The notes under the pieces were generated by a model. The model had not been told where the DNA came from and made no database searches. It saw only the letters and a list, made by a program, of their open reading frames with translations. Positions 23,658 through 32,000 of a DNA stretch of 32,000 bases are shown here, piece by piece. Positions within the stretch are counted from its first letter, which is position 1. Each line of letters starts with the position of its first letter. Source of the stretch: Parasynechococcus marenigrum WH 8102 (GTDB taxonomy: Bacteria; Cyanobacteriota; Cyanobacteriia; PCC-6307; Cyanobiaceae); the NCBI RefSeq assembly GCF_000195975.1, contig NC_005070.1, forward strand, positions 1,080,001 to 1,112,000. Direction: 5' to 3'. The position numbers and the translations under genes were made by a program.

Positions 23658-24013
23658 TGGTTGAAGCGGATCCCCGCTTCCAGGAGGCCATCCGCTTGTT
23701 CAACGCGCAGGAGTGGTACGCCGCCCATGACGTGTTGGAGGAGATCTGGCACGAAACCGCCGATCCGGAACGACGCTGCCTACAGGGACTTCTGCAGGTG
23801 GCCGTCGCTCAGCTCCACCTGCAGCGGGACAACCAGCGTGGGGCAACGATCCTCTTCGGCGAAGCTCTCGGCCGCTTGCGACGACCTGGCACCCCAGACC
23901 TGGGCCTTGATCTTCCGGCCTTGTGCCACTGCGTCCAAGGGCGGCTGGTGCAGCTGCAGCAAGACGGAGATCCCGAGTCCTGCACTGTCCCGGTGCTGAG
24001 TCCCAGTCCCTGA
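23657..24013 (+). CDS. DUF309 domain protein
   Basis: FQEAIRLFNAQEWYAAHDVLEEIWHE...CLQGLLQVAVAQLHLQRDNQRGA matches the DUF309 pattern. The ATG overlaps the typA stop (TGATG). Confidence 0.75.
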   Translation: MVEADPRFQEAIRLFNAQEWYAAHDVLEEIWHETADPERRCLQGLLQVAVAQLHLQRDNQRGATILFGEALGRLRRPGTPDLGLDLPALCHCVQGRLVQLQQDGDPESCTVPVLSPSP

Positions 24014-24065
24014 AGCCCCGGTAGTGTCCCTCCATTCCTGGTCTCAACGCGTGGTCAACACCGCG

Positions 24066-24476
24066 ATGCGTCGACTCCGATCAGCTCTGCTGTTGCTTCC
24101 ACTCCTGCTGGCCACAGCGGCTGTTGAGCCGATTGCTGCAGAGGACAGCCGTGGTGATGGCCTGATCACCATCGAGTCAGACCAACAGTCCGCCGACAAC
24201 AGCACCGGTGTCGTGACCGCCAGCGGCAACGTTCGCATTGTGCATGCCAACCGTGGCGTGGTGGCCACAAGCCGTCAGGCGCAGTACTTCACCAAAGAGG
24301 AGCGAATCGTGCTCCGTGGCGATGTGGATGTGGTCCAGAACGACGGTCATGCCCTGCGGGCTGATCAGGTGATCTACCTGCTGCAGGAGGATCGAGCTGT
24401 GGCCATCCCCGTGGAAGGGGAGCAGGTGTACAGCCAGTGGACCTTGAAGGATCCGTCGCCTGGCACCGAACCATGA
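24066..24476 (+). CDS. LptA/OstA-N family periplasmic protein
   Basis: A signal peptide (MRRLRSALLLLPLLLATAA) is followed by the repetitive beta-jellyroll pattern ITIESDQQSADNSTGVVTASGNVRIV...AQYFTKEERIVLRGDV. It sits directly upstream of lptB. Confidence 0.7.
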   Translation: MRRLRSALLLLPLLLATAAVEPIAAEDSRGDGLITIESDQQSADNSTGVVTASGNVRIVHANRGVVATSRQAQYFTKEERIVLRGDVDVVQNDGHALRADQVIYLLQEDRAVAIPVEGEQVYSQWTLKDPSPGTEP

Positions 24477-25201
24477 GCCTCTCGCTGGACACGGTGTCCA
24501 TCAGCCTTGGCGGCCGGCAGTTGGTCAACCGGGTAAGCCTCGATCTTTCGGCCGGTGAGGTGGTCGGTCTGCTGGGGCCCAACGGTGCTGGTAAGACCAC
24601 CACGTTCAATCTGGTGATCGGGTTGCTGCGCCCTGATGCCGGAGTGATCAGCCTGGATGGTCAGGTGGTGTCGACCCTGTCGATGCCGAAACGGGCTCGG
24701 CTTGGACTCGGTTATCTGCCGCAGGAGCCCAGTGTCTTTCGTCAGTTGACGGTTCGCCAGAATCTCGAAATTGCTCTTGACCAGACGGATCTCAGTCCGC
24801 AACACCGTCGTGATCGCCGCGACCAGTTGATCGAGGACTTTCATCTCGTGGCGTTTGTTGACCGTTGCGGTTATCAGCTTTCAGGTGGTGAGCGACGCCG
24901 CTGTGAAGTGGCCCGGGCCCTGGCTGTTGGAGCGGAAGGCCCCCGCTACCTGCTCCTGGATGAACCCTTCGCAGGGGTGGATCCCCTTGCGGTGGCTGAT
25001 CTCCAGGACCTGATCCAGGCGCTGCGCTCTCGGGGGATGGGGATCCTGGTGACCGATCACAACGTCCGGGAAACCCTGGCGATCACGGATCGCGCGTACA
25101 TCCTCAACGACGGCGCGATTCTGGCCAGCGGTCAATCCCAGACCGTGGCCGATGACCCTCTGGTGCGTCGCTACTACCTCGGGGAGGCCTTCCAGCTGTG
25201 A
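24473..25201 (+). CDS. lptB: LPS export ABC transporter ATP-binding protein
   Basis: It has Walker A GPNGAGKTT, the ABC signature LSGGERRR and Walker B LLLDEPFAGVDP. The ATG overlaps the lptA-like stop (ATGA). Confidence 0.88.
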   Translation: MSLSLDTVSISLGGRQLVNRVSLDLSAGEVVGLLGPNGAGKTTTFNLVIGLLRPDAGVISLDGQVVSTLSMPKRARLGLGYLPQEPSVFRQLTVRQNLEIALDQTDLSPQHRRDRRDQLIEDFHLVAFVDRCGYQLSGGERRRCEVARALAVGAEGPRYLLLDEPFAGVDPLAVADLQDLIQALRSRGMGILVTDHNVRETLAITDRAYILNDGAILASGQSQTVADDPLVRRYYLGEAFQL

Positions 25202-26355
25202 TCGCCGCTCTGAATCGCTGGTGCCGACGAATTCCTTTGCTGGATCGTTGGCTGGTTGGCGAAATCCTGGCGCCGTTGCTGTTTGCGGTGGCGGCTTTCA
25301 CGGTGGTGGGGCTCTCCATCGGTGTGATGTTCGAGCTGGTGCGCCGGCTGGTGGAGGACGGTCTACCGGCCTGGACCGCACTGCAGGTGATGCTTCTGAG
25401 CCTGCCGCGGTTCCTGGTGCTGTCCTTTCCGATGGCCACCTTGTTTGCCACCCTGCTGGCTTACAGCAAGCTGACGGCAAACAGTGAACTCACGGCGTTG
25501 CGCAGCGTCGGGGTCAGCACTGTGCGACTGGTGGTGCCTGCTCTTGTGTTGTCAGCTCTGCTGACCGGCATGACCCTGTTGTTCAACGATGTGATCGTTC
25601 CCCAAGCCAATACTCAGGCCGAGGTGACCCTCCAGAAGGCCCTGGGTCGAGCCCTGGCAACGGAGAAGGGCAAGGACATCATTTATTCGCGCTTCGGCCG
25701 GGTCAGGGAACCGGGTTCCGAGCGCAGCGGCCGAGGGCTCAAGCAGTTGTTTTATTCCCGTCGTTTCGACAAGGGGGAGATGGTGGATGTGACGGTGCTG
25801 GATTTTTCAAGGGCAGGATTCCGCCAGATGCTTGTGGCAGAGCGGGCTCTTTGGAATGAGGGTGAGGCGAAGTGGGAATTTCGAGACGGTCAGATCCTCA
25901 CGCTCAACCTCAACGGCAGCACCACCCGCGTCGATTTCGATCGTTACCTCTACCCCTTGAGTTCCGGGCCGCTCAAGGTGGCTCGCTTACCCGACGATGC
26001 CAACAACATGACCATCGCCGAGGCGATCGAGGCGGAACGCGTTGAAGCGGAAGCCGGCAATCTCAAGGCGGCCCGCAAGCTGCAGGTGCGCATCCAGGAG
26101 AAGTTCACCTTCCCGATGGCCTGCGTGGTGTTCGGTTTGATCGGCAGCAGTCTCGGGTCTCGGCCAGGTTCGAGAACCAGTCGCAGCCAGGGCTTCGGCA
26201 TCAGCATCCTGCTGATCCTCGGTTACTACGCCCTCAGCTTCAGCTTCAGTTCCCTCGGGGTGAAGGGCGTTCTGCCCGCGCTGCTGGCGGCATGGCTACC
26301 GGTGTTGATTTCCCTGGGGGCGGGCACGTTGTTGCTGCGTCAGGCCAGTCGCTGA
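25198..26355 (+). CDS. LptF/LptG (YjgP/YjgQ) family permease
   Basis: It is 385 aa with multiple TM segments and a central periplasmic domain. It lies in the operon with lptB, and its GTG start overlaps the lptB stop. Confidence 0.8.
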   Translation: MIAALNRWCRRIPLLDRWLVGEILAPLLFAVAAFTVVGLSIGVMFELVRRLVEDGLPAWTALQVMLLSLPRFLVLSFPMATLFATLLAYSKLTANSELTALRSVGVSTVRLVVPALVLSALLTGMTLLFNDVIVPQANTQAEVTLQKALGRALATEKGKDIIYSRFGRVREPGSERSGRGLKQLFYSRRFDKGEMVDVTVLDFSRAGFRQMLVAERALWNEGEAKWEFRDGQILTLNLNGSTTRVDFDRYLYPLSSGPLKVARLPDDANNMTIAEAIEAERVEAEAGNLKAARKLQVRIQEKFTFPMACVVFGLIGSSLGSRPGSRTSRSQGFGISILLILGYYALSFSFSSLGVKGVLPALLAAWLPVLISLGAGTLLLRQASR

Positions 26356-26370
26356 GCTCTCCCGGCAGAA

Positions 26371-27312
26371 TTGATCTCATCAGGACACTTTTCGGTGCAG
26401 TCCCTTCCGTTTGATCTTGTGACCGGCCTCGGGTTCGGGGCTTTTCTGCTGCTGTTGCTGGCCCTGCCGCTGGCGTTCTGGGCTGTTTCCTCCCAGGCAC
26501 GAACGGGCATCGTTCAGCTGCTGGTGGCGCTGGCCAACCTGTTGCTGACATCACAGCTGGTGCTGCGTTGGTGGGAATCCGGTCATTTTCCGATCAGCAA
26601 CCTCTACGAATCCCTCTGTTTTCTGGCCTGGGCCTGCACCCTCACTCAATTGTTGGTGGAACGCTCCTGGCCTTCTCCGATCGTTGCCGCAGCGGCAACG
26701 CCGATGGGGTTGGGTTGCATCGCCTTCGCCAGTTTTGCTTTGCCGGATCAGCTGCAAAGCGCCGCCCCCTTGGTGCCAGCCCTCCGTTCCAGCTGGCTGG
26801 TGATGCATGTGAGCGTGATCATGGTGAGCTACGCAGCCTTGCTAGTGGGCTCGTTGCTGTCATTAGCGGTGCTGCTCACCGACAGGGGTGAGGCCCTCGA
26901 GCTGCGCAGCAGCTCGATCGGCAGTGGTGGTTTCCGGCAATCGATGCGCGTCGGCAGTGATGGCGTGCTGCAGTTGCAATCGATTCGCCTGAGCACAGGG
27001 GAGCAGCTCGACAGCCTGAGCTACCGGACAATCACCGTTGGTTTTCTGATGCTTACCGTTGGCATCGTCAGTGGTGCGGTTTGGGCCAATGAAGCGTGGG
27101 GGAGCTACTGGAGCTGGGATCCGAAGGAGACCTGGGCGCTGATCTGCTGGTTGGTTTACGCGGCGTATCTGCACACCCGTCTCAGCCGGGGCTGGCAAGG
27201 GCGACGTCCGGCCCTGGTGGCCGTGGTGGGCCTTGTGGTGATCGCGGTTTGCTACATCGGTGTGAACCTTCTGGGCATCGGGTTGCACAGCTACGGCTGG
27301 TTTTTAGGCTGA
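26371..27312 (+). CDS. ccsA: Cytochrome c biogenesis protein CcsA
   Basis: It has the tryptophan-rich WWD motif [19 protein letters not shown], conserved His residues and a polytopic membrane profile. The start codon (TTG 26371) is uncertain. Confidence 0.88.
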   Translation: MISSGHFSVQSLPFDLVTGLGFGAFLLLLLALPLAFWAVSSQARTGIVQLLVALANLLLTSQLVLRWWESGHFPISNLYESLCFLAWACTLTQLLVERSWPSPIVAAAATPMGLGCIAFASFALPDQLQSAAPLVPALRSSWLVMHVSVIMVSYAALLVGSLLSLAVLLTDRGEALELRSSSIGSGGFRQSMRVGSDGVLQLQSIRLSTGEQLDSLSYRTITVGFLMLTVGIVSGAVWANEAWGSYWSWDPKETWALICWLVYAAYLHTRLSRGWQGRRPALVAVVGLVVIAVCYIGVNLLGIGLHSYGWFLG

Positions 27313-27476
27313 ATTAGATTTGACAGCAGCGCTGTGGTTTTGCCAAGCGCCGTGGCTGCCGGAGATGCGGTCCGGCCTATCGCCCGGTGGATGCGCGCCC
27401 TGTGGTGACGGCAGTGCTGATCGGGCTGGCGATGGTGATGCTGGTGGCTCTGTTCGCTCTGCTTTGAGGTCTCCAT

Positions 27477-27504
27477 AAAAAAAGCCCCGGCTGAGGCCGG
27501 GGCT
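27477..27504 (-). terminator. Rho-independent terminator of rpe
   Basis: On the minus strand, the stem AGCCCCGGC/GCCGGGGCT with a 4-nt loop is followed by a T7 run (A7 on the plus strand at 27477-27483). It lies 27 nt past the rpe stop. Confidence 0.65.
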
Positions 27505-27530
27505 CCTAGGGGGTCAGGACTGGGTCCGAC

Positions 27531-28214
27531 TCAGACCAGGACAGCTTCCTTGCTGCTGCTGTTGCGAATGCCCTTGATGGCCTCGGCGTAGTCCGGCTGG
27601 TTGAACACACCTGAACCCGACACGATGGCGTTGGCGCCGGCTTCGATCACCTTCCAGGCATTGCCGGCTTTGACGCCACCATCCACTTCGATCCAGGGAT
27701 CCAGGCCCCGCTCGTCGCACATGCGGCGCAGGTCGCTGATCTTCTGAACCTGGTTCTCGATGAAGCTCTGACCACCGAAGCCGGGATTCACGCTCATGAT
27801 CAGCACCAGATCACAGAGCTCGAGGCAGTACTCCAGCGTGTCCAGGCGGGTGCTGGGATTCAGCACAGCACCAGCCAACTTCCCGAGATCTTTGATCTGG
27901 GCAAGGTTGCGATGCAGGTGGGGGCAAGCTTCCACCTGAACCGAGATGATGTCGGCGCCGGCCTTGGCGAAGTCGGGAACGTATTTTTCCGGCTCAACGA
28001 TCATCAGGTGAACGTCGAGGGGCTTCTGGGTCACGGGACGCAGGGCTTCAACGATTAGGGGTCCGATCGTGATGTTGGGGACGAAGCGTCCATCCATGAC
28101 GTCCACATGGATCCAGTCCGCGCCGGCTTCATCCACAGCTTTCACTTCATCGCCGAGACGGGAGAAATCAGCCGACAGGATCGACGGAGAGATCACCAGG
28201 GGCTTGGTGCTCAT
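27531..28214 (-). CDS. rpe: Ribulose-phosphate 3-epimerase
   Basis: [39 protein letters not shown] and [12 protein letters not shown] are Rpe motifs. The start is taken at [11 protein letters not shown] (28214) rather than the extended track ORF at 28322. Confidence 0.92.
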   Translation of the reverse strand: MSTKPLVISPSILSADFSRLGDEVKAVDEAGADWIHVDVMDGRFVPNITIGPLIVEALRPVTQKPLDVHLMIVEPEKYVPDFAKAGADIISVQVEACPHLHRNLAQIKDLGKLAGAVLNPSTRLDTLEYCLELCDLVLIMSVNPGFGGQSFIENQVQKISDLRRMCDERGLDPWIEVDGGVKAGNAWKVIEAGANAIVSGSGVFNQPDYAEAIKGIRNSSSKEAVLV

Positions 28215-28366
28215 ATAGAAGTAGCGCGGAATGCGCGGTGATTTTAGGGACCTCGGCAACCACTGATACAGTGAGCCGCGCTCAGGCGTCGAGATCCATT
28301 GCGGCAAGGGCAGATTGCTCACCCTGATGGAGTCGCCAGCCCCTTCACCCCACCATCCGGAGTCCC

Positions 28367-29371
28367 GTGGACCAGACCCTGATTCAGGAAATTCTCGAGG
28401 TCGTTGAGCAAGCCGCCATCGCCTCCGCCAAGCTCTCCGGCAAAGGCCTCAAGAACGAAGCCGACGCCGCTGCTGTGGAAGCCATGCGCAAGCGCATGGG
28501 CCAGATCCAGATGCAGGGCCGCATCGTGATCGGTGAAGGCGAGCGTGACGAAGCCCCGATGCTTTACATCGGTGAGGAAGTGGGCAGCGGCACCGGACCG
28601 GGCGTTGACTTCGCCGTCGACCCTTGCGAAGGCACCAACCTCTGCGCCTTCAATCAGCGCGGTTCCATGGCTGTTCTGGCCGCTTCCGACCGCGGTGGCC
28701 TGTTCAACGCCCCCGACTTCTACATGAAGAAGCTGGCCGCACCCCCGGCTGCCAAGGGCAAGGTGGACATCCGCAAGTCCGCCACCGAGAACATCAAAAT
28801 TCTCAGCGAGTGTCTCGGCCTTGCTGTTGATGAACTCACCATCGTTGTGATGGATCGTGCCCGTCACAAGGATTTGATCGCTGAGATCCGCGCCACCGGC
28901 GCCCGCATCCAGCCGATCTCCGACGGTGACGTTCAAGCTGCGATCGCCTGCGGCTTCGCCGGCACCGGCACCCACTGCCTGATGGGCATCGGCGCTGCTC
29001 CTGAAGGTGTGATCTCCGCTGCTGCCATGCGCGCTCTCGGCGGCCACTTCCAGGGCCAGCTGGTGTACGACCCTGCGGTGGCACAGACCTCTGAGTGGGC
29101 TGACATGACCAAGGAGGGCAACCTGGCTCGCCTGGCAGAAATGGGCATCACCGACCCCGACAAGGTTTATGAGGCCGAGGAGCTGGCCTGTGGTGAGCAC
29201 GTTTGTTTCGCTGGCAGCGGTATCACCGATGGCCTGCTGTTCCACGGGGTTAAGTTCGAACGCGATTGCACACGAACCAGCAGCCTGGTGATCAGCAACC
29301 TGGACAACACCTGCCGCTTCACCAACACCGTGCACATCAAGGACGGCGCCCAGAGCATCGCTCTGAGCTGA
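28367..29371 (+). CDS. glpX: Class II fructose-1,6-bisphosphatase / sedoheptulose-1,7-bisphosphatase
   Basis: It is 334 aa with [18 protein letters not shown] and AVDPCEGTN, typical of cyanobacterial dual-function GlpX-type F/SBPase. The start codon is GTG. Confidence 0.92.
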   Translation: MDQTLIQEILEVVEQAAIASAKLSGKGLKNEADAAAVEAMRKRMGQIQMQGRIVIGEGERDEAPMLYIGEEVGSGTGPGVDFAVDPCEGTNLCAFNQRGSMAVLAASDRGGLFNAPDFYMKKLAAPPAAKGKVDIRKSATENIKILSECLGLAVDELTIVVMDRARHKDLIAEIRATGARIQPISDGDVQAAIACGFAGTGTHCLMGIGAAPEGVISAAAMRALGGHFQGQLVYDPAVAQTSEWADMTKEGNLARLAEMGITDPDKVYEAEELACGEHVCFAGSGITDGLLFHGVKFERDCTRTSSLVISNLDNTCRFTNTVHIKDGAQSIALS

Positions 29372-29402
29372 TCGTCACGTTTCGGTTGAAAGGAGAGTCT
29401 CC

Positions 29403-30701
29403 ATGCACATTGCCGTCGTCGGCCTCAGTCATCGCACGGCACCGGTGGAGATCCGGGAACGGCTCAGCATCCCTGAGCAGACCATGGAGACCTCTCTTCA
29501 ATCGCTTCGAGGTCATGAGCAGGTGTTGGAGGCTTCGATCCTCAGCACCTGCAATCGCCTTGAGATCTATACCCTTGTTCGTCATCCCGATCTCGGTGTT
29601 TCGGCCGTCAGCGAATTTTTGAGCGGCCATTCCGGGCTTGCCACCGGGGAACTGACCCCCCATCTGTTCAACTATCACCACGAGGACGCGGTCGATCACC
29701 TGATGCGGGTTGCCGCTGGTCTCGACAGCCTTGTTCTGGGCGAAGGCCAGATCCTCTCCCAGGTGAAGAAGATGATGCGCCTGGGCCAGGAGCACAAGTC
29801 CCTGGGTCCGATCCTCAATCGCCTGCTGACTCAGGCCGTCAGCACCGGTAAACGGGTGCGTAGCGAAACCAACCTCGGCACCGGTGCGGTCTCGATCAGT
29901 TCGGCTGCTGTGGAGTTGGCGCAATTGAAACTGGGCCAGTCCCGTGGTCTCGATCAGCTGGTCACGCTGGAGAGCGAGCAGATCGCCGTCGTAGGAGCCG
30001 GGCGCATGAGCCGCCTTCTGCTTCAGCATCTGCAAGCGAAAGGAGCCTCCGGGGTGGTGTTGCTCAACCGCACTGTTCAACGTGCTGAGTTGCTGGCGGC
30101 GGACTTCCCAGACCTACCCGTGCAGTGTCGCCCCCTCACAGACCTCGACCAGTGTCTGAGCACTTGTTCTCTGGTGTTCACCAGCACGGCTGCAGACGAT
30201 CCGATCATCGATGCAGCGAGGCTTGAACCTCTTAATCGACGCAGCAAACTGCGTCTGATCGACATCGGTGTGCCGCGCAACATTGCTGCCGATGCTGCCG
30301 CTGTGGACGGCGTGGAATCCCACGATGTGGATGATCTTCAGGAGGTTGTGGCCCGCAACCAGGAGGCTCGTCAGGCCATGGCCCGCGAAGCCGAGCAGCT
30401 CCTGCAGCAGGAGGCTCAGCAGTTTCTGGAATGGTGGGACAGCCTCGAAGCCGTTCCCACCATCAACCGCCTGCGCTCGTCGATGGAGACCATCCGCGTT
30501 GAGGAACTGCAGAAGGCTCTCAGCAGGATGGGACCGGACTTCTCCGCGCGGGAGCGCAAGGTGGTCGAAGCCCTCAGCAAGGGCATCATCAACAAAATCC
30601 TGCATACCCCGGTCACCTCGCTGCGTGCACCTCAAGGCAGACAGGAGCGTCAGCAGGCCCTGCGCACGGTTGAGCGGTTGTTTTCACTGGGGGATGACTG
30701 A
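29403..30701 (+). CDS. hemA: Glutamyl-tRNA reductase
   Basis: It has MHIAVVGLSHRTAPVEIRE, STCNRLEIY, the LGEGQILSQVK motif and the NAD-binding VVGAGRMS. Confidence 0.93.
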   Translation: MHIAVVGLSHRTAPVEIRERLSIPEQTMETSLQSLRGHEQVLEASILSTCNRLEIYTLVRHPDLGVSAVSEFLSGHSGLATGELTPHLFNYHHEDAVDHLMRVAAGLDSLVLGEGQILSQVKKMMRLGQEHKSLGPILNRLLTQAVSTGKRVRSETNLGTGAVSISSAAVELAQLKLGQSRGLDQLVTLESEQIAVVGAGRMSRLLLQHLQAKGASGVVLLNRTVQRAELLAADFPDLPVQCRPLTDLDQCLSTCSLVFTSTAADDPIIDAARLEPLNRRSKLRLIDIGVPRNIAADAAAVDGVESHDVDDLQEVVARNQEARQAMAREAEQLLQQEAQQFLEWWDSLEAVPTINRLRSSMETIRVEELQKALSRMGPDFSARERKVVEALSKGIINKILHTPVTSLRAPQGRQERQQALRTVERLFSLGDD

Positions 30702-30820
30702 GTTTCAGCAGCCAGTCCCGTCTTGATTCGCACCAATCTCGTCGGATCTGCAGGGGGGGACGTTCGAACCAGGTGAAACTCCGGTAAGTTCTTGCGGCAA
30801 CACCGATCTGGGGTTACGGC

Positions 30821-32000
30821 ATGAAGCGGGTTTTGGCCATCATTCTCGGCGGCGGTGCCGGGACTCGTCTCTACCCGCTCACCAAGATGCGCGCCAAGCC
30901 GGCCGTCCCCTTGGCCGGTAAGTATCGACTGATTGATATCCCCATCAGCAACTGCATCAACTCGAACATCAACAAGATGTACGTGATGACGCAGTTCAAC
31001 AGTGCGTCTCTCAATCGTCACCTCAGCCAGACGTTCAACCTGAGCGCATCCTTCGGTCAGGGATTCGTCGAGGTGCTTGCTGCCCAGCAGACGCCTGACA
31101 GTCCATCCTGGTTTGAAGGCACTGCCGACGCTGTGCGGAAGTACCAGTGGCTGTTCCAGGAATGGGATGTCGATGAATACCTGATCCTGTCCGGTGACCA
31201 GCTGTACCGGATGGATTACAGCCTGTTCGTTGAACATCACCGCAGCACTGGTGCTGACCTCACCGTTGCAGCCCTTCCTGTGGACCCGAAACAGGCCGAG
31301 GCGTTCGGCTTGATGCGCACGGATGGTGACGGAGACATCAAGGAGTTCCGCGAAAAGCCCAAGGGTGATTCTTTGCTTGAGATGGCGGTTGACACCAGCC
31401 GATTTGGACTCAGTGCGAATTCGGCCAAGGAGCGTCCCTACCTGGCGTCGATGGGGATTTATGTCTTCAGCAGAGACACTCTGTTCGACCTGCTCGATTC
31501 CAATCCTGGTTATAAGGACTTCGGCAAGGAAGTCATTCCTGAGGCCCTCAAGCGTGGCGACAAGCTGAAGAGCTATGTCTTTGACGATTATTGGGAAGAT
31601 ATCGGAACGATCGGAGCGTTCTACGAGGCCAACCTGGCGCTCACCCAGCAACCCACACCCCCCTTCAGCTTCTACGACGAGAAGTTCCCGATCTACACTC
31701 GTCCCCGCTATTTACCCCCGAGCAAACTGGTTGATGCTCAGATCACCAATTCGATCGTTGGCGAAGGCTCAATTTTGAAGTCATGCAGCATTCATCACTG
31801 CGTTTTGGGTGTTCGCAGTCGCATTGAAACCGATGTGGTGCTGCAAGACACCTTGGTGATGGGCGCTGACTTCTTTGAATCCAGTGATGAGCGTGCCGTG
31901 CTTCGCGAGCGTGGTGGTATTCCGGTCGGGGTGGGCCAAGGTACGACTGTGAAGCGCGCCATCCTCGATAAAAACGCTCGCATCGGATCCAACGTCACCA
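30821..32000 (+). CDS. glgC: Glucose-1-phosphate adenylyltransferase, 3'-truncated by the window edge
   Basis: It is absent from the ORF track because there is no stop in the window. My translation from ATG 30821 is [68 protein letters not shown]..., the classic GlgC N-terminus. The long antisense ORF 30650..31651 is therefore spurious. Confidence 0.9.
   Translation, partial: MKRVLAIILGGGAGTRLYPLTKMRAKPAVPLAGKYRLIDIPISNCINSNINKMYVMTQFNSASLNRHLSQTFNLSASFGQGFVEVLAAQQTPDSPSWFEGTADAVRKYQWLFQEWDVDEYLILSGDQLYRMDYSLFVEHHRSTGADLTVAALPVDPKQAEAFGLMRTDGDGDIKEFREKPKGDSLLEMAVDTSRFGLSANSAKERPYLASMGIYVFSRDTLFDLLDSNPGYKDFGKEVIPEALKRGDKLKSYVFDDYWEDIGTIGAFYEANLALTQQPTPPFSFYDEKFPIYTRPRYLPPSKLVDAQITNSIVGEGSILKSCSIHHCVLGVRSRIETDVVLQDTLVMGADFFESSDERAVLRERGGIPVGVGQGTTVKRAILDKNARIGSNVT

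Noticed and set aside
27387-27467. A GTG-initiated 26-aa hydrophobic ORF (VDARPVVTAVLIGLAMVMLVALFALL) between ccsA and the rpe terminator.
   Set aside because: It has no ATG and no ribosome-binding site, and it does not resemble any small photosystem or cytochrome subunit I know. It may be real but is unsupported.
28319-29335. A 338-aa ORF antisense to glpX. Similar long ORFs lie at 185..829, 471..977, 1032..1592, 9681..10193, 9997..10500, 21948..22871 and 30650..31651, plus many shorter ones.
   Set aside because: Each lies opposite or out of frame to a gene with unmistakable conserved motifs. Their products are Arg/Gly/Ala/Pro-rich and low in complexity, as expected from stop-codon depletion in high-G+C DNA.
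30751-30775. A GTTCGAA T-loop-like sequence in the hemA-glgC spacer.
   Set aside because: The flanking bases do not form a T-arm, and no acceptor or anticodon stems can be drawn. It is not a tRNA.
1-32000. A search by eye for CRISPR arrays, rRNA, tRNA or tmRNA genes, IS elements with terminal inverted repeats, and recognisable defence-system genes (restriction-modification, CBASS, retron, toxin-antitoxin with known toxins).
   Set aside because: I noticed no regularly spaced repeats with unique spacers, no cloverleaf candidates, no transposase-like ORFs and no hallmark defence domains. This was a visual scan without tools, so short or degenerate examples could have been missed.

Overview
The gene content and high G+C suggest a marine Synechococcus-type picocyanobacterial chromosome (inference, no search run). 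Conserved housekeeping genes fill both flanks. On the left are recG (5' partial), a VanX-like dipeptidase, sir, glyS, chlP, a VanY-like carboxypeptidase and a U32 peptidase. On the right are typA, DUF309, lptA-like, lptB, lptF/G, ccsA, rpe, glpX, hemA and glgC (3' partial; missing from the ORF track because it has no stop in the window). Between the U32 peptidase gene (ends 11345) and typA (true start about 21855) lies a roughly 10.4 kb accessory island of mosaic, mostly lower G+C. For example, the 60 nt at 17881-17940 hold 19 G+C, against 42 at 781-840. The island encodes a large serine recombinase, a PrimPol/VirE-type replicase followed by a dense GGACA iteron array (putative ori), and two small ribbon-helix-helix proteins. 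It also encodes an AlpA/excisionase-type HTH protein, a single HK97-fold major capsid gene with no other virion genes, and an NblA-like peptide. A nested AT-rich cassette (2OG-Fe(II) oxygenase, DUF3303) is bracketed by a duplicated gene 3' end, and a membrane-anchored protein sits just downstream of the recombinase gene. I read this as a phage-satellite-like integrative element, and it is the most interesting system in the window. Several plausible genes fall below the 60-aa cutoff of the ORF track. Many long ORFs in the track are antisense artefacts of high G+C. I saw no rRNA, tRNA or CRISPR array.
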